A stretch of 60,962 nt of DNA, filler included. It is 5 parts of 5 records of this genome, joined end to end, with 100 filler letters (N's around TTAATTAATTAA, not from the genome) between each part and the next. Parts side by side here need not be neighbours in the genome. Positions count along the whole stretch, not along the records: positions 1 to 20,739 come from DRR723986_6886; positions 20,840 to 30,076 come from DRR723986_6894; positions 30,177 to 38,402 come from DRR723986_6896; 2 more parts are not named here. One strand, given 5' to 3'. The notes below the pieces were generated by a model, which did not search any database, was not told the origin of the DNA, and saw nothing but the letters and a program-made list of their open reading frames with translations. Position 1 is the first letter of the stretch; each line of letters opens with the position of its first letter. Shown here piece after piece: positions 20,265 through 30,509 of this stretch. Position numbers and translations under genes: made by a program.

Positions 20265-20737
20265 CCCCCATCGCCCGGCCTCCCCCAAAGGGAGAGGTGA
20301 AGTACGGGCGACTGCCTATTCATTAATCTCCTATCAGTCGAACCGCGATAGCTTAGGGCTTCTACGTCACGTCTGCTGCAGTGGTTTGGAATGGCCGTCG
20401 GGCTAAGGAAGACCGTTGCGGCAGGTTAGGGACAGGATCACAGGATTGACAGGTTTGGGGAGGAGCAAAATGGTTTGTCTGACCTAGCTTACAGCAGGAA
20501 TCGGTGGCTAGCGCAATGCGGCCGATAAACCGTCACTTCCACCGGCTTGCGGGGGAGGTCGCGAGGCACGAACGGGAGGAGGCTATTCGGTGCCTCATTT
20601 CGTTGTCCAGCTAGATTCACAGTGCGAAGAAAAAGAACCCTCACCCGGGCTGACGCCCGACTAGTCCCAGAAGGAGAGGTGACAGAGCAAGCCTGCTGAA
20701 GGTGACGCAATGTGAGCCGCGACGCGTCAGCGGCCGG
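20265..20737. repeat. Non-coding cluster of degenerate palindromic repeats of several types
   Basis: CCCTC/CCCC...GGGAGAGGTGA-type hairpins at 20265-20301, 20533-20582 (reverse) and 20637-20683; ACAGG(A/T)T triplet at 20431-20455; TGTGAGCCG element at 20711-20737. Confidence 0.6.
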
Positions 20738-20739
20738 GC

Positions 20740-20839
20740 NNNNNNNNNNNNNNNNNNNNNNNNNNNNNNNNNNNNNNNNNNNNTTAATTAATTAANNNNN
20801 NNNNNNNNNNNNNNNNNNNNNNNNNNNNNNNNNNNNNNN
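20740..20839. other. Artificial contig spacer
   Basis: 44 N + TTAATTAATTAA (stops in all six frames) + 44 N. Confidence 0.99.
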
Positions 20840-20920
20840 TCGACCCAAGCGGGGCTCGTTGTGGCTGCTTCCTTCCGGATCTGACCAGGTTGGCGAGGCG
20901 CTCGCCCGCGCCAACCTCTC
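20840..20920 (-). ncRNA. ffs: Signal recognition particle RNA (small type, 4.5S), 3' end cut by the contig edge
   Basis: Minus strand reads GAGAGGTTGGCGCGGGCGAGCGCCTCGCCAACCTGGTCAGATCCGGAAGGAAGCAGCCACAACGAG, containing the conserved SRP helix-8 motif CAG.TCCGGAAGGAAGCAG. Confidence 0.93.
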
Positions 20921-20927
20921 AAGAGGT

Positions 20928-20956
20928 GATATAGTCGTCTGTTTTGGGGTTGGCAA
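20928..20956 (-). promoter_or_regulatory. Probable sigma70 promoter of ffs
   Basis: TTGCCA-N17-TATATC immediately upstream of the predicted 5' end. Confidence 0.6.
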
Positions 20957-20988
20957 CCCTTGGTCCGCATCCTTGATCTTGTGCGATG

Positions 20989-22920
20989 TCACAACATAAG
21001 AGAATAGCGCACAAACCCTTCGTCGTCTTGCTCAAGGGCGATGGGAGCCATGTTTTGCAGCTCGTCGAGGTACAGGGCGGCAGAGGGGCTGGTGTGGACG
21101 GTTGTGCGGGTCTGATTCTGGGGGGTAAAGTGCCATGGAAACGGCAGATCGGCGATGGGGTCACGGGGCAGGCGCCCCATTAGGTAATCGCGCACAATAT
21201 GCTGGATCAGGCGCGAGGGGACGGGAACGGGCCGCGCGGATGTGAGGGCTTTGAAATGGCCACCGCCATTGGCGCGGTAATTGTTCACGGCAACGACGAA
21301 TTTCTGGCTGTCGGTGACCGGTTTGCCTTGGTAGCTGAGATTGCGAATCCGATGGTAGGATGGATCAAGCAGGTCTCCGTTCAGGTCAAAGCGGGCCGGG
21401 TGGGATGGATCGATTTGGTATTCGATGCCAAAAATCACATCAAAATTGTGTCCGGGAACGTCTGGATTGACGAGGGCCGTCTCCTCGGTTCCGGGTTGGA
21501 TTTGATGAAAGAGACCAGCCGCCATTTCCAGCCAGTCGCGCAGTTGCGCACCGGTCACGATGAGCCCGTGCAGTTCGTTGGGAAAGACATGCAGATCCGC
21601 AACATGGCGTAGCAGGATAGGGCCTGCGGGCACGTTGGTGTAATGTTCGGGTCCCGCGCGCCCACCGAATTTTGACGGCGCCGAAGCAGACAGCAGGGGC
21701 AGATCGGCATAAGGCGTCCCGCTGATGTAGGCGCGCAAGGCGGCGGCTTGGGCGGTGGCAACTTGGCTGAGCCCCCGATCCGGCGCGAAGTAGGTAAAGT
21801 AGCTGTGGTAGGGGCGGGTGCTTGCACCAACCGGGCGCTGCATGTTTTTCCGAGTTGTGGTGTGAAACGGTGTGATCAGCTGTGTGAGCTCTGCGTCTTC
21901 GGGCGCGAGTGAGTGGAGTTGCCCGGTGTCCGAGCGTTCGAAAATAGGACGGAGTTGCGTTGCGGCTGTACCAATGGTCCAGCCGCAACGCCCATCTGCG
22001 ATCAGGGACAGGTCAATGAGCCCCAGATGCGATCCGGCAGATCCGGGCATGACGGTGGGCTTTCCGTGCACCATGCCGGTGTTTGCCTCGACGTGGTCCA
22101 AGCCTGCGTGCGCGGGGCCGGGCAGTAACAGGTGGGTGTGACCGGCGACAACAACATCTAACCCTTTGAGCGCAGCCAGGGGGATGGCGGCGTTTTCAAG
22201 ATCTGGTGCGGCAGAGGTGTCTTGCAGTCCGGTATGCGCCAGCGCGATGACCAGATGACAGCCTTGCGCCTTGAGCGTAGAGATCGCTTGTTGTGATGCC
22301 GCGAGGATGTCATCAATTTCAACCTTACCGCGGAGCAGGTGTGCATCCCAATCCAGAGCTTGGGGCGGTAAGACGGAAAAGACGCCGATGCTGAGCGGCC
22401 AATCCTGCCCATCTGCCGTCACGTTCCGTTTGAGAATGGTATAGGGTTGCCAGCTTTTGTGATTGTCCAAGCGATGCACATTGGAGTTGACGGCCGGACA
22501 TTTCAATTGCGCCAGAGCGGTGTCTAATGCTGGCAATCCAAAGTTGAAATCGTGGTTCCCCAAACCAATCGCATCGTATTGCAGCAAGTCCAACGCTTGG
22601 ACCATCACATGGGGTTGGCCATCGTCAGGTTGGGCAAATTCGCCAAGCGGGGTGCCTTGCAATGTATCGCCATTGTCCAACAGCAGTGTGGTGATTCCTG
22701 CATGGTCTGCTTCGGCGCGGGCCTGTCGGATCAGGCTTGCCGTGCGGGTGAACCCAACAGTCGGATCCGCCTGATCTGTGTAGTAATCAAAGCTGGCCAT
22801 GTTCATGTGGAGATCGGTGGTGGCCAGCACGCGGAGTTGAGCGACCGCATTTTTTGGACACGGCTTCGCTTGGTCTTGGTCGTCGAACAATACCTTGGCG
22901 TCCGAAAGTGAAGTCAACAT
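20989..22920 (-). CDS. cpdB: 2',3'-cyclic-nucleotide 2'-phosphodiesterase/3'-nucleotidase family protein (CpdB-like), no evident signal peptide
   Basis: TTDLHM, DNGD, GNHDFNFG, GHTH, and a C-terminal 5'-nucleotidase domain (NNYRANGGG). Confidence 0.88.
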   Translation of the reverse strand: MLTSLSDAKVLFDDQDQAKPCPKNAVAQLRVLATTDLHMNMASFDYYTDQADPTVGFTRTASLIRQARAEADHAGITTLLLDNGDTLQGTPLGEFAQPDDGQPHVMVQALDLLQYDAIGLGNHDFNFGLPALDTALAQLKCPAVNSNVHRLDNHKSWQPYTILKRNVTADGQDWPLSIGVFSVLPPQALDWDAHLLRGKVEIDDILAASQQAISTLKAQGCHLVIALAHTGLQDTSAAPDLENAAIPLAALKGLDVVVAGHTHLLLPGPAHAGLDHVEANTGMVHGKPTVMPGSAGSHLGLIDLSLIADGRCGWTIGTAATQLRPIFERSDTGQLHSLAPEDAELTQLITPFHTTTRKNMQRPVGASTRPYHSYFTYFAPDRGLSQVATAQAAALRAYISGTPYADLPLLSASAPSKFGGRAGPEHYTNVPAGPILLRHVADLHVFPNELHGLIVTGAQLRDWLEMAAGLFHQIQPGTEETALVNPDVPGHNFDVIFGIEYQIDPSHPARFDLNGDLLDPSYHRIRNLSYQGKPVTDSQKFVVAVNNYRANGGGHFKALTSARPVPVPSRLIQHIVRDYLMGRLPRDPIADLPFPWHFTPQNQTRTTVHTSPSAALYLDELQNMAPIALEQDDEGFVRYSLML

Positions 22921-23109
22921 AATCCGATCTCAATGCCCGTTATGGTTGTAGGTTTATGTGAGATTCAAAATTGCGGTAGATGCAAGGGCTATGGCTGTCT
23001 CAATTTGTGTCAGTTTGGGGGTTTCGGCCAAAATGCCACAATGTTTTTTCGATTGTAACGCTGGTCGCACCGTGTCAGCCCTGTGGCAAACGCCAAAGGG
23101 AGAGCAGGG

Positions 23110-24093
23110 ATGAAGCGCGCGGAACAGGTGACATTTGGTGGATCGGCCCTGAACAGAGCCGCCGAAATCCGAGGGGATGAGGCCGCGTTGGCTAAGGCGG
23201 TGGCGCATCCTGATGCCGCGTGTCTGCTGTTGTGGCGGGGCAAAGTTCTGATGCATGGCGATCACTTTGAACGCCTGTCTTGGATCATGATGGCGCATCC
23301 GTTGATCAAAGACGGCCCCGGTGGCGATGTTGCGCACCCTATCTTCTTAGGTTTCGAAGATGACGGCGCGCCGTGTTTTGCTTTGGATATTTCCAATTGG
23401 GAGCCAGAGGGGCAGGATCTGAGCAGTGTTGGGGCCTTTGTTGATCGCACTGAGCAGCAGCACCCTGATATTGCACCGGGTCACGTGTTTGTTGAATTGC
23501 GTCGCATCATGACACGTCTGAGCGCGCGCGATGCTGAACTGCTTGCGACCGCCAAAGCGGTGATTTCCTGGCATAAAACACATAAGTTCTGTGCCTGTTG
23601 CGGTGCAAAAAGTGAAATGGTGCAAGCGGGGTGGCAGCGCAGTTGTCCCGAGTGTGGCGGACAGCATTTCCCACGTACCGATCCGGTGGTCATCATGTTG
23701 ATTACACATGGAAATAGCGTTCTGATGGGGCGGTCCCCGGGTTGGCCCGAGGGGATGTATTCGCTGTTGGCCGGATTTGTGGAGCCGGGCGAAACGCTTG
23801 AGGCTGCGGTGCGGCGCGAAGTGATGGAAGAAGCAGGCGTGCCCGTGGGACAGGTCAGTTACCTAGCCAGTCAACCTTGGCCATTTCCGGCCTCTTTGAT
23901 GTTTGGCTGTGCTGGCGAGGCCTTGAGCCGCGACATCACCATTGACCCGGTCGAGATCGAACATGCGATGTGGATGACCAAAGACGAAATGATGCTGGCC
24001 TTTGCCGGTGAACACCCCTCGGTTCTGCCTGCGCGAAAAGGTGCAATTGCACATTTCTTGTTAGAGAACTGGCTTGCGGATACGCTCGATTAA
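23110..24093 (+). CDS. nudC: NAD(H) diphosphatase / NAD-cap decapping enzyme NudC
   Basis: Zn finger (CACCG...CPEC), FPRTDP, Nudix box GFVEPGETLEAAVRREVMEEAG, SQPWPFP. Confidence 0.95.
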   Translation: MKRAEQVTFGGSALNRAAEIRGDEAALAKAVAHPDAACLLLWRGKVLMHGDHFERLSWIMMAHPLIKDGPGGDVAHPIFLGFEDDGAPCFALDISNWEPEGQDLSSVGAFVDRTEQQHPDIAPGHVFVELRRIMTRLSARDAELLATAKAVISWHKTHKFCACCGAKSEMVQAGWQRSCPECGGQHFPRTDPVVIMLITHGNSVLMGRSPGWPEGMYSLLAGFVEPGETLEAAVRREVMEEAGVPVGQVSYLASQPWPFPASLMFGCAGEALSRDITIDPVEIEHAMWMTKDEMMLAFAGEHPSVLPARKGAIAHFLLENWLADTLD

Positions 24094-24131
24094 GGGGATG
24101 CTTATGCGAGTTAAAACACAGCAGGTTTCCG

Positions 24132-24599
24132 ATGCAATTTTCCAGCAAAGAAGATATTGAAGCGCCCATCGCGGAGGTGTTTGAACTGTTGTCGGAGTTC
24201 GAAAGTTTCGAACGGTCGGCGCTTCGGCGTGGGATTGAGGTTCAGCGTGTTGATGCATCACTGCCCAAAGGGGCTGGAATGGCATGGGACACTGTCTTTT
24301 TGGTGCGCGGTAAGCCGCGGGAAATGCATCTGGAGCTTGTGGAATACACAACCCCGACACTGATGCGGTTTGAATCGCTCAGCAAGGGCGTTGAAGGCAA
24401 TGTTGTCATTGAATTGCTGGCGTTGTCGTCGCGGCGGACCCGGTTGAGTTTTGATGTCACCCTGTCGGCGAATACTTTGGCTGCACGTTTGCTGTTGCAA
24501 TCGCTCAAGTTGGCGCGGAGCAATCTGAGCCAGCGGTTCCGTCTGAAATTGGCCGAATTTGCCCGTGACATCGAAGAGCGCCACACCCGCCGCGCCTGA
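24132..24599 (+). CDS. SRPBCC (START-like) family protein
   Basis: MQFSSKEDIEAPIAEVFELLS N-terminus and C-terminal helix; co-oriented after nudC. Confidence 0.75.
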   Translation: MQFSSKEDIEAPIAEVFELLSEFESFERSALRRGIEVQRVDASLPKGAGMAWDTVFLVRGKPREMHLELVEYTTPTLMRFESLSKGVEGNVVIELLALSSRRTRLSFDVTLSANTLAARLLLQSLKLARSNLSQRFRLKLAEFARDIEERHTRRA

Positions 24600-24615
24600 G
24601 GCGGTCTGGCGGTGC

Positions 24616-24640
24616 CTGACCCCGTACCTGTCGGGGTCAG
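24616..24640. terminator. Hairpin between convergent genes
   Basis: CTGACCCCG-N7-CGGGGTCAG, a perfect 9-bp stem without a U-tract. Confidence 0.5.
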
Positions 24641-24662
24641 CGGTGTCTGCAAGGGGTGAGGG

Positions 24663-25496
24663 TTAGCCCCGTTCGCGGGCGGCTGGGTATACGCCCAAGA
24701 TTTCAACATTTGTTGTGAAATACCCCAGTTCATCCATCGCCAGCTGGACGTTGGCGTCGTCTGGGTGCCCTTCGATATCCGCATAAAACCGCGTGGCCGT
24801 GAACGAGCCGTCAACCATATAGCTTTCCAGCTTGATCATGTTGACGCCGTTGGTCGCGAATCCACCCATGGCTTTGTACAGCGCGGCGGGGATGTTGCGG
24901 ACCTGAAACACAAAGCTGGTGATCATGCCCTGATTGCCGCGGCGTGATTCGTCGGGGGTGGGGGACATCACCAAGAATCGGGTGGTGTTGTTGCCTTGGT
25001 CCTCGATGTGGTGGGCCAAAACGTTCAGCCCATAAATTTCACCGGCCAATTCACTGGCGAGCGCGGCTGAGTGTATGTCGTTGGCTTCGGCAACCTCGCG
25101 GGCGGCGCGGGCGTTGTCAGGGCTGACGCGGCCGCGAATATTGTGCTGCGTCAGAAAGCCAGCGCATTGCGGCAGCAACACGAGGTGAGAGTGGGCTTCG
25201 GTGATATCGTCAATCGTGGCACCGGGGACCGCCAACAGGTTGATATGCACACGCACAAAGGCCTCATCAATGATGTGCAGACCGCTGTGGGGCAACAGTC
25301 TATGGATATCGGCCACCCGCCCGTAGGTGGAATTTTCCACTGGCAGCATGGCGAGATCAGCGGCCCCGGTTTTGACGGCCTCGATCACGTCTTCGAAGGT
25401 GCGGCAGGGCAGCGCCTCCATGGTGGGTCGCGCGTTGCGACAGGCCTCGTGGCTATAGGCGCCGGGCTCTCCCTGAAAGGCGATGCGATTGGTCAT
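24663..25496 (-). CDS. pheA: Prephenate dehydratase
   Basis: IAFQGEPGAYS, LPVENST, NTTRF, and ACT domain (NIPAALYKAMGGFATNGVNMIKLESY). Confidence 0.95.
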   Translation of the reverse strand: MTNRIAFQGEPGAYSHEACRNARPTMEALPCRTFEDVIEAVKTGAADLAMLPVENSTYGRVADIHRLLPHSGLHIIDEAFVRVHINLLAVPGATIDDITEAHSHLVLLPQCAGFLTQHNIRGRVSPDNARAAREVAEANDIHSAALASELAGEIYGLNVLAHHIEDQGNNTTRFLVMSPTPDESRRGNQGMITSFVFQVRNIPAALYKAMGGFATNGVNMIKLESYMVDGSFTATRFYADIEGHPDDANVQLAMDELGYFTTNVEILGVYPAARERG

Positions 25497-25616
25497 TTGT
25501 CGGTATCCATGCAACAGGTTCGTAAATTGGGCGATTAGTCGCGGTGTCTATACCTTGCCTCTTGCAAGGGGAACCCTTAGACACCCGCCCAGACAGCTGA
25601 AATGGACTCGCGATCA

Positions 25617-26123
25617 ATGTTCGACACGATGACAGTTACCAAGGCCGCAGCCGGCCTGTTCGGTGCCTTCCTGGTACTTCTTCTTGCCAAATGGGGCGCT
25701 GAGAGCCTGTATCACGTAGGGGGGCATGGTGAAGCCTCTTACGTGATCGAAACAGACACGGGCTCGGATCAAGTGACCGAAGCCGAAGAAATCAACTATG
25801 ATGAGTTGATGATGGCCGCAGACGTCGAAAAAGGCGCAAAGGTCTTTAAGAAATGTGCGGCCTGCCACAAGGTCGAAGACGGTGCAAACAGCACTGGCCC
25901 CTTCTTGTATGGCGTTGTTGGCCGTCCGGTCGCTTCGGTTGCCGGGTTTGGTTACTCGGGCGCGATGGAAGCCAAGGGCGGCGATTGGACAGTCGAAGAG
26001 CTGGACCACTTTATCGCCAAGCCAAGCAAATCGGTTTCCGGCACTTCGATGGGCTTTTCTGGCCTGAAGAAGCAAAACGACCGGATCAACCTGATTGCTT
26101 ATCTGGACAGCCTGAACAAATAA
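25617..26123 (+). CDS. cycM: Membrane-anchored cytochrome c (c552/cy type)
   Basis: N-terminal TM helix, acidic linker, CAACH heme motif, distal Met in GTSMGF. Confidence 0.88.
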   Translation: MFDTMTVTKAAAGLFGAFLVLLLAKWGAESLYHVGGHGEASYVIETDTGSDQVTEAEEINYDELMMAADVEKGAKVFKKCAACHKVEDGANSTGPFLYGVVGRPVASVAGFGYSGAMEAKGGDWTVEELDHFIAKPSKSVSGTSMGFSGLKKQNDRINLIAYLDSLNK

Positions 26124-26147
26124 ATCGGGCCTGCCCTTTGAAAATAT

Positions 26148-26179
26148 AAAACCGCTGCCTGTTGGGTGGCGGTTTTTTT
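26148..26179 (+). terminator. Rho-independent terminator after cycM
   Basis: AAAACCGCTGCCT-GTT-GGGTGGCGG followed by TTTTTTT. Confidence 0.8.
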
Positions 26180-26351
26180 ATGTCTGGGTTTTGCAAGATA
26201 CGCGGGTGTTTGCTGTGGGAATGGCGTCTTCACGAAGCGTTCACATATTCTAAACTTGAAACTTGGTGCTCTGGACCTTTAGCTAGCAGCAACAAAAATT
26301 GGTTTAGGTTCCGATATCGGAATAGCCGAACCAAAACGGAGGTAGAGCCTG

Positions 26352-28286
26352 ATGACATCCCCCCGCGTCGTGACCCGCGCCCGTGTACTGGATCCAAGGC
26401 CTAAGATGTTGGCTGTGTTGGGGGCATCGTTGATGTTTCTGGTGGCGGCGACAGGATTGGTGCGTGCCGAAGGGGATGTGATCAAGAGCCACGGATACTC
26501 CTTTTTTGGCGATCTGACCTATCCAGCGGATTTTAAGCACTTTGATTACGTGAACCCGGATGCGCCTAAGGGCGGAGAGATTTCGGTTTCAGCGCCGGGG
26601 ACGTTTGATTCGATGAACCCGTACAGCCGCAAAGGTCGGGCCGGGCGGTATTCGTGGATGGTTTATGAAAGCCTGCTGGGCGAAATGCCTGCCACAGGCG
26701 GCAGCCTGCCTGCGGATGTGATTGGCGAAAGCTATGGTCTGTTGGCCGAACGGTTGGAGTATGACGAAGGCAAGACCTGGGTCATTTTCTATATGCGTCC
26801 TGAGGCACGGTTTGCGGATGGGTCGCCTGTGACCGCGCATGATGTGGTGTTCAGCCACAATCTGTTTCTAGAGCAGGGTCTGCCCTCTTATGCGCAGGCT
26901 GTGAAGAAACGGATTTTGTCTGCTGAGGCGTTGGACGATCACACGGTGAAATTCACTTTTGCCACCGGGATCTCGCGCCGGTCATTGATTGATCAGGCGG
27001 GCGGCGTACCTGTATTCCCCAAAGCCTGGTATGAAAAGACGGGTGCACGGCTGGATGAGCCGCGTTTGGATGCGGCACCGGGGTCGGGCCCTTATCAGCT
27101 GGACAGCTATGATGTGAATCGGCGTATCACGTACAAGCGTAATCCGGATTATTGGGGTAAAGATCTGCCAATCAACGTAGGTCGGCACAACTTTGACAGC
27201 ATCCGGGTCGAATATTTTGCTGATGACACCGCCGGGTTCGAGGCCTTTAAGGCTGGCGAATATACATTCCGGGCCGAGGGCAATTCAAAACGCTGGGCGA
27301 CGGGCTATGCGTTTCCAGCGGCTGATAAAGGCTGGGTCAAACGTGAAGAAATTCCCGATCTGACCCCACCGACGCCCACAGGGTTTGTTTTCAATCTGGG
27401 TCGTCCGGCCTTGAAAGACAAACGCGTGCGCGAGGCGCTTTCGCTGGCGTTCAACTTTGAATGGACCAACGAATCCTTGCAGTATGGGTTGTTCAAGCAG
27501 CGCCATTCCTTTGTTGAGAACGCACCGCATATGGCGGGAGATGCCCCAACGGGTGCAGAGTTGGAATTGTTGGAATCGCTGGGCGATTTGGTGCCTGCGG
27601 ATATGCTGAGCACCCCGGCGGTAATGGCGCATAGCTCTAAAGCCAAGCGGTTGAACGACCGGCGCAACCTTCGCAAAGCAATGAAGTTACTGGATGATGC
27701 GGGTTGGGCCGTTGGCGATGATGGCATGCGGCGCAACGCCAAGGGCGAAAAGATGGTGCTGGAAATCCCACATACATCGAGCAGCTCGCCAACTCTGACG
27801 GCTGTGATTGATGGGTTTGCCAAAAACTTGATCACCATGGGGGTCGAGGCAAAGCCGGACAAAATTGATTCCGCGCAATACACCCTGCGCAACCGGGAAC
27901 GCGATTATGACATCGTGTTCGACAACTATCGCCCCTTTCTGTCGGCAGGCACGGGGTTGATGCAGATGTATGGATCGGGCGAGGCTGAGTTTAGCCTGTT
28001 CAATCCGGCAGGATTGGCCAGTCCGCTGGTTGATGCCATTATCGAACGTTCCTTGGTCAGCACGAACAAGGAAGAAGAAGCCGCAGCCCTGATGGCCCTT
28101 GACCGGGCGCTGCGGTATGAGCGGATGATGGTGCCGGTTTGGTACAATGATGCCAGCTGGGTCGCGTATTGGGATCAGTATGATCACCCCGAGACATTGC
28201 CAGAGTACGCCCTAGGGGAGCTTGATTTCTGGTGGTTTGATGCGGCCAAGGCGGAGAAACTAAAATCCGCTGGCGCGTTGAGGTAA
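26352..28286 (+). CDS. yejA: ABC peptide transporter substrate-binding protein (YejA / microcin C type)
   Basis: FKHFDYVNPDAPKGG, GTFDSMNPY, RNPDYWG; family 5 SBP. Confidence 0.9.
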   Translation: MTSPRVVTRARVLDPRPKMLAVLGASLMFLVAATGLVRAEGDVIKSHGYSFFGDLTYPADFKHFDYVNPDAPKGGEISVSAPGTFDSMNPYSRKGRAGRYSWMVYESLLGEMPATGGSLPADVIGESYGLLAERLEYDEGKTWVIFYMRPEARFADGSPVTAHDVVFSHNLFLEQGLPSYAQAVKKRILSAEALDDHTVKFTFATGISRRSLIDQAGGVPVFPKAWYEKTGARLDEPRLDAAPGSGPYQLDSYDVNRRITYKRNPDYWGKDLPINVGRHNFDSIRVEYFADDTAGFEAFKAGEYTFRAEGNSKRWATGYAFPAADKGWVKREEIPDLTPPTPTGFVFNLGRPALKDKRVREALSLAFNFEWTNESLQYGLFKQRHSFVENAPHMAGDAPTGAELELLESLGDLVPADMLSTPAVMAHSSKAKRLNDRRNLRKAMKLLDDAGWAVGDDGMRRNAKGEKMVLEIPHTSSSSPTLTAVIDGFAKNLITMGVEAKPDKIDSAQYTLRNRERDYDIVFDNYRPFLSAGTGLMQMYGSGEAEFSLFNPAGLASPLVDAIIERSLVSTNKEEEAAALMALDRALRYERMMVPVWYNDASWVAYWDQYDHPETLPEYALGELDFWWFDAAKAEKLKSAGALR

Positions 28287-28295
28287 ACCAGACTT

Positions 28296-29381
28296 ATGGG
28301 AGCTTATATTCTAAGACGCCTGTTGCTGGTGATCCCCACTTTGTTGGGCATCATGATCGTCAACTTTACGCTGGTTCAGTTTGTGCCTGGTGGCCCGGTT
28401 GAACAGATCATTGCCGAGCTGCAAGGCGGTGGCGACGCCTTTGAAAGCTTTGCCGGTGGCGGCAGTGATGTCGAAACGCAATCTGGGGCGCCCAACGAAG
28501 AATACGTCGGCGCGCGGGGGTTGCCCCCGGAATTCATTGCTGAGCTGGAAAAGGAATTTGGGTTCGATAAACCTCCGTTAGAGCGGTTCCTGTCGATGCT
28601 GGGCAACTATATGCGGCTTGATTTCGGCGAGAGCTATTTCCGGTCTGTCAGCGTGATTGATTTGGTGCTGGAAAAGATGCCGGTGTCGATTTCACTGGGC
28701 CTGTGGTCGACCTTGATCGCCTATCTGGTGTCGATTCCGTTGGGTATTCGTAAGGCGATCAGTGACGGATCCAGTTTTGACACGTGGACCAGTGGCGCGA
28801 TCATCGTGGCCTATGCAATTCCGGGCTTTTTGTTTGCGATCCTGTTGTTGGTCTTGTTCGCCGGTGGGTCGTATTGGCAGATCTTTCCGTTGCGCGGTCT
28901 GACCTCGGATAACTTTGATCAGCTGAGCCCGATTGGTAAGGCGTTGGATTATTTCTGGCACATTGCTTTGCCTGTATTGGCTTCGACGATATCCGCCTTT
29001 GCGACGCTGACCTTGCTGACCAAGAATTCGTTTCTGGACGAGATCAAGAAACACTATGTGATGACGGCACGGGCCAAAGGGCTAAGCGAAAGCAAAGTTC
29101 TGTATGGTCATGTGTTCCGCAATGCGATGCTGATTGTGATTGCTGGTTTTCCGGCAGTGTTCATCGGGGTGTTCTTTTCCGGGTCCATCATTATCGAAAC
29201 GATTTTCTCGTTGGATGGATTGGGGCGTCTGGGGTTTGAGGCTGCTGTGGCGCGCGATTACCCGGTGATCTTTGGCACGTTGTTCATCTTTGGTTTGATG
29301 AGCCTTGTGGTCGGGATCTTGTCCGATCTGATGTATGTGCTGGTTGATCCGCGCATTGATTTCGAAGGGAGGGAAGGCTGA
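28296..29381 (+). CDS. yejB: ABC transporter permease YejB
   Basis: [42 protein letters not shown]. Confidence 0.93.
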   Translation: MGAYILRRLLLVIPTLLGIMIVNFTLVQFVPGGPVEQIIAELQGGGDAFESFAGGGSDVETQSGAPNEEYVGARGLPPEFIAELEKEFGFDKPPLERFLSMLGNYMRLDFGESYFRSVSVIDLVLEKMPVSISLGLWSTLIAYLVSIPLGIRKAISDGSSFDTWTSGAIIVAYAIPGFLFAILLLVLFAGGSYWQIFPLRGLTSDNFDQLSPIGKALDYFWHIALPVLASTISAFATLTLLTKNSFLDEIKKHYVMTARAKGLSESKVLYGHVFRNAMLIVIAGFPAVFIGVFFSGSIIIETIFSLDGLGRLGFEAAVARDYPVIFGTLFIFGLMSLVVGILSDLMYVLVDPRIDFEGREG

Positions 29382-30076
29382 TGGCGATGTCCCCTCTGAA
29401 CCAGCGTCGCTGGCGTAATTTCCGTCGCAATGGGCGGGCGTTCTGGTCGTTGATCCTGTTTTCGATCCTGTTTGGGTTGTCGCTATTTGCTGAGTTTTTG
29501 GCCAATGACAAGCCGATCCTGGTGAATTATCGGGGCGAATATTTCACGCCGATCTTTAACTTTTATCCCGAGACGGCGTTTGGCGGCGATTTCCAGACCG
29601 AAGCGATTTATCGCGATCCTGAGGTGAAGTGCCTGATTGCATCCGGCGGTTTGGAAGACTGCTTTGACGAGCCTGATGAAATGCTGGAACAGATCAGCGC
29701 GGGCACTTTTGAGGCGGACGGGTTCGACAAAGGCTGGGCGATCTGGCCGTTGATTCCGTATTCGTTCAACACCACGGTGGATCGTCCCGGTGCGGCGCCA
29801 TTGCCGCCCAACAGCCAGAACTGGCTGGGTACGGATGACACCAAGCGCGATGTGCTGGCGCGGGTCATTCATGGGTTCCGACTGTCGATCCTGTTCACCT
29901 TGGTTGTGACCGGGGTGGCGAGTGTGATCGGTGTGTTGGCGGGGGCCATTCAGGGGTTCTTTGGCGGTTGGGTTGATCTGGTGTTCCAGCGGATCATTGA
30001 GATCTGGTCATCGACGCCATCGCTTTATGTCATCATCATCATGTTTGCCATTCTGGGGCGCAGTTTCTGGCTGTTG
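29381..30076 (+). CDS. yejE: ABC transporter permease YejE (3' partial)
   Basis: SPLNQRRWRNFRRN, ANDKP, WLGTDD..RDVLARVIHGFR; runs into the spacer. Confidence 0.9.
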
Positions 30077-30176
30077 NNNNNNNNNNNNNNNNNNNNNNNN
30101 NNNNNNNNNNNNNNNNNNNNTTAATTAATTAANNNNNNNNNNNNNNNNNNNNNNNNNNNNNNNNNNNNNNNNNNNN
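30077..30176. other. Artificial contig spacer
   Basis: N-run with central TTAATTAATTAA. Confidence 0.99.
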
Positions 30177-30177
30177 G

Positions 30178-30336
30178 GCCTTCAACTTCGCGGTGATCCA
30201 GAACATCACCGGCCGATCCACCGGTTTCATCGCCAAGGCGACCTGGCCATTCCTGCTGATCATGATTGTCTTCGTGATCCTGCTGGCGGTGTTCCCGCAG
30301 GTCGTGCTGATCATGCCGGAACTGCTGCTCGGCTGA
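30178..30336 (+). CDS. dctM: C-terminal fragment of a TRAP transporter large permease (DctM-like); not in the ORF track
   Basis: Manual translation AFNFAVIQNITGRSTGFIAKATWPFLLIMIVFVILLAVFPQVVLIMPELLLG* matches the typical DctM C-terminus. Confidence 0.75.
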   Translation, partial: AFNFAVIQNITGRSTGFIAKATWPFLLIMIVFVILLAVFPQVVLIMPELLLG

Positions 30337-30377
30337 CCTCCCGCCCGTGAGGGCGCATCACGGCGACCGTTCTCCTC

Positions 30378-30412
30378 ACGCGCCAGGGCCTCACCGCCCT
30401 GGCGCGTTTTTT
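30378..30412 (+). terminator. Rho-independent terminator after dctM
   Basis: ACGCGCCAGGGC-CTCACC-GCCCTGGCGCGT followed by TTTTT. Confidence 0.85.
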
Positions 30413-30509
30413 CGTGCCGGGACCCCGGCCGAGGGGCCAGGAAACAAATCGGCCCCGACAGGACAAAGCCTGCGGGGCCGCGATCGCAGTGTGGTGGGCG
30501 TTCAGGCAA

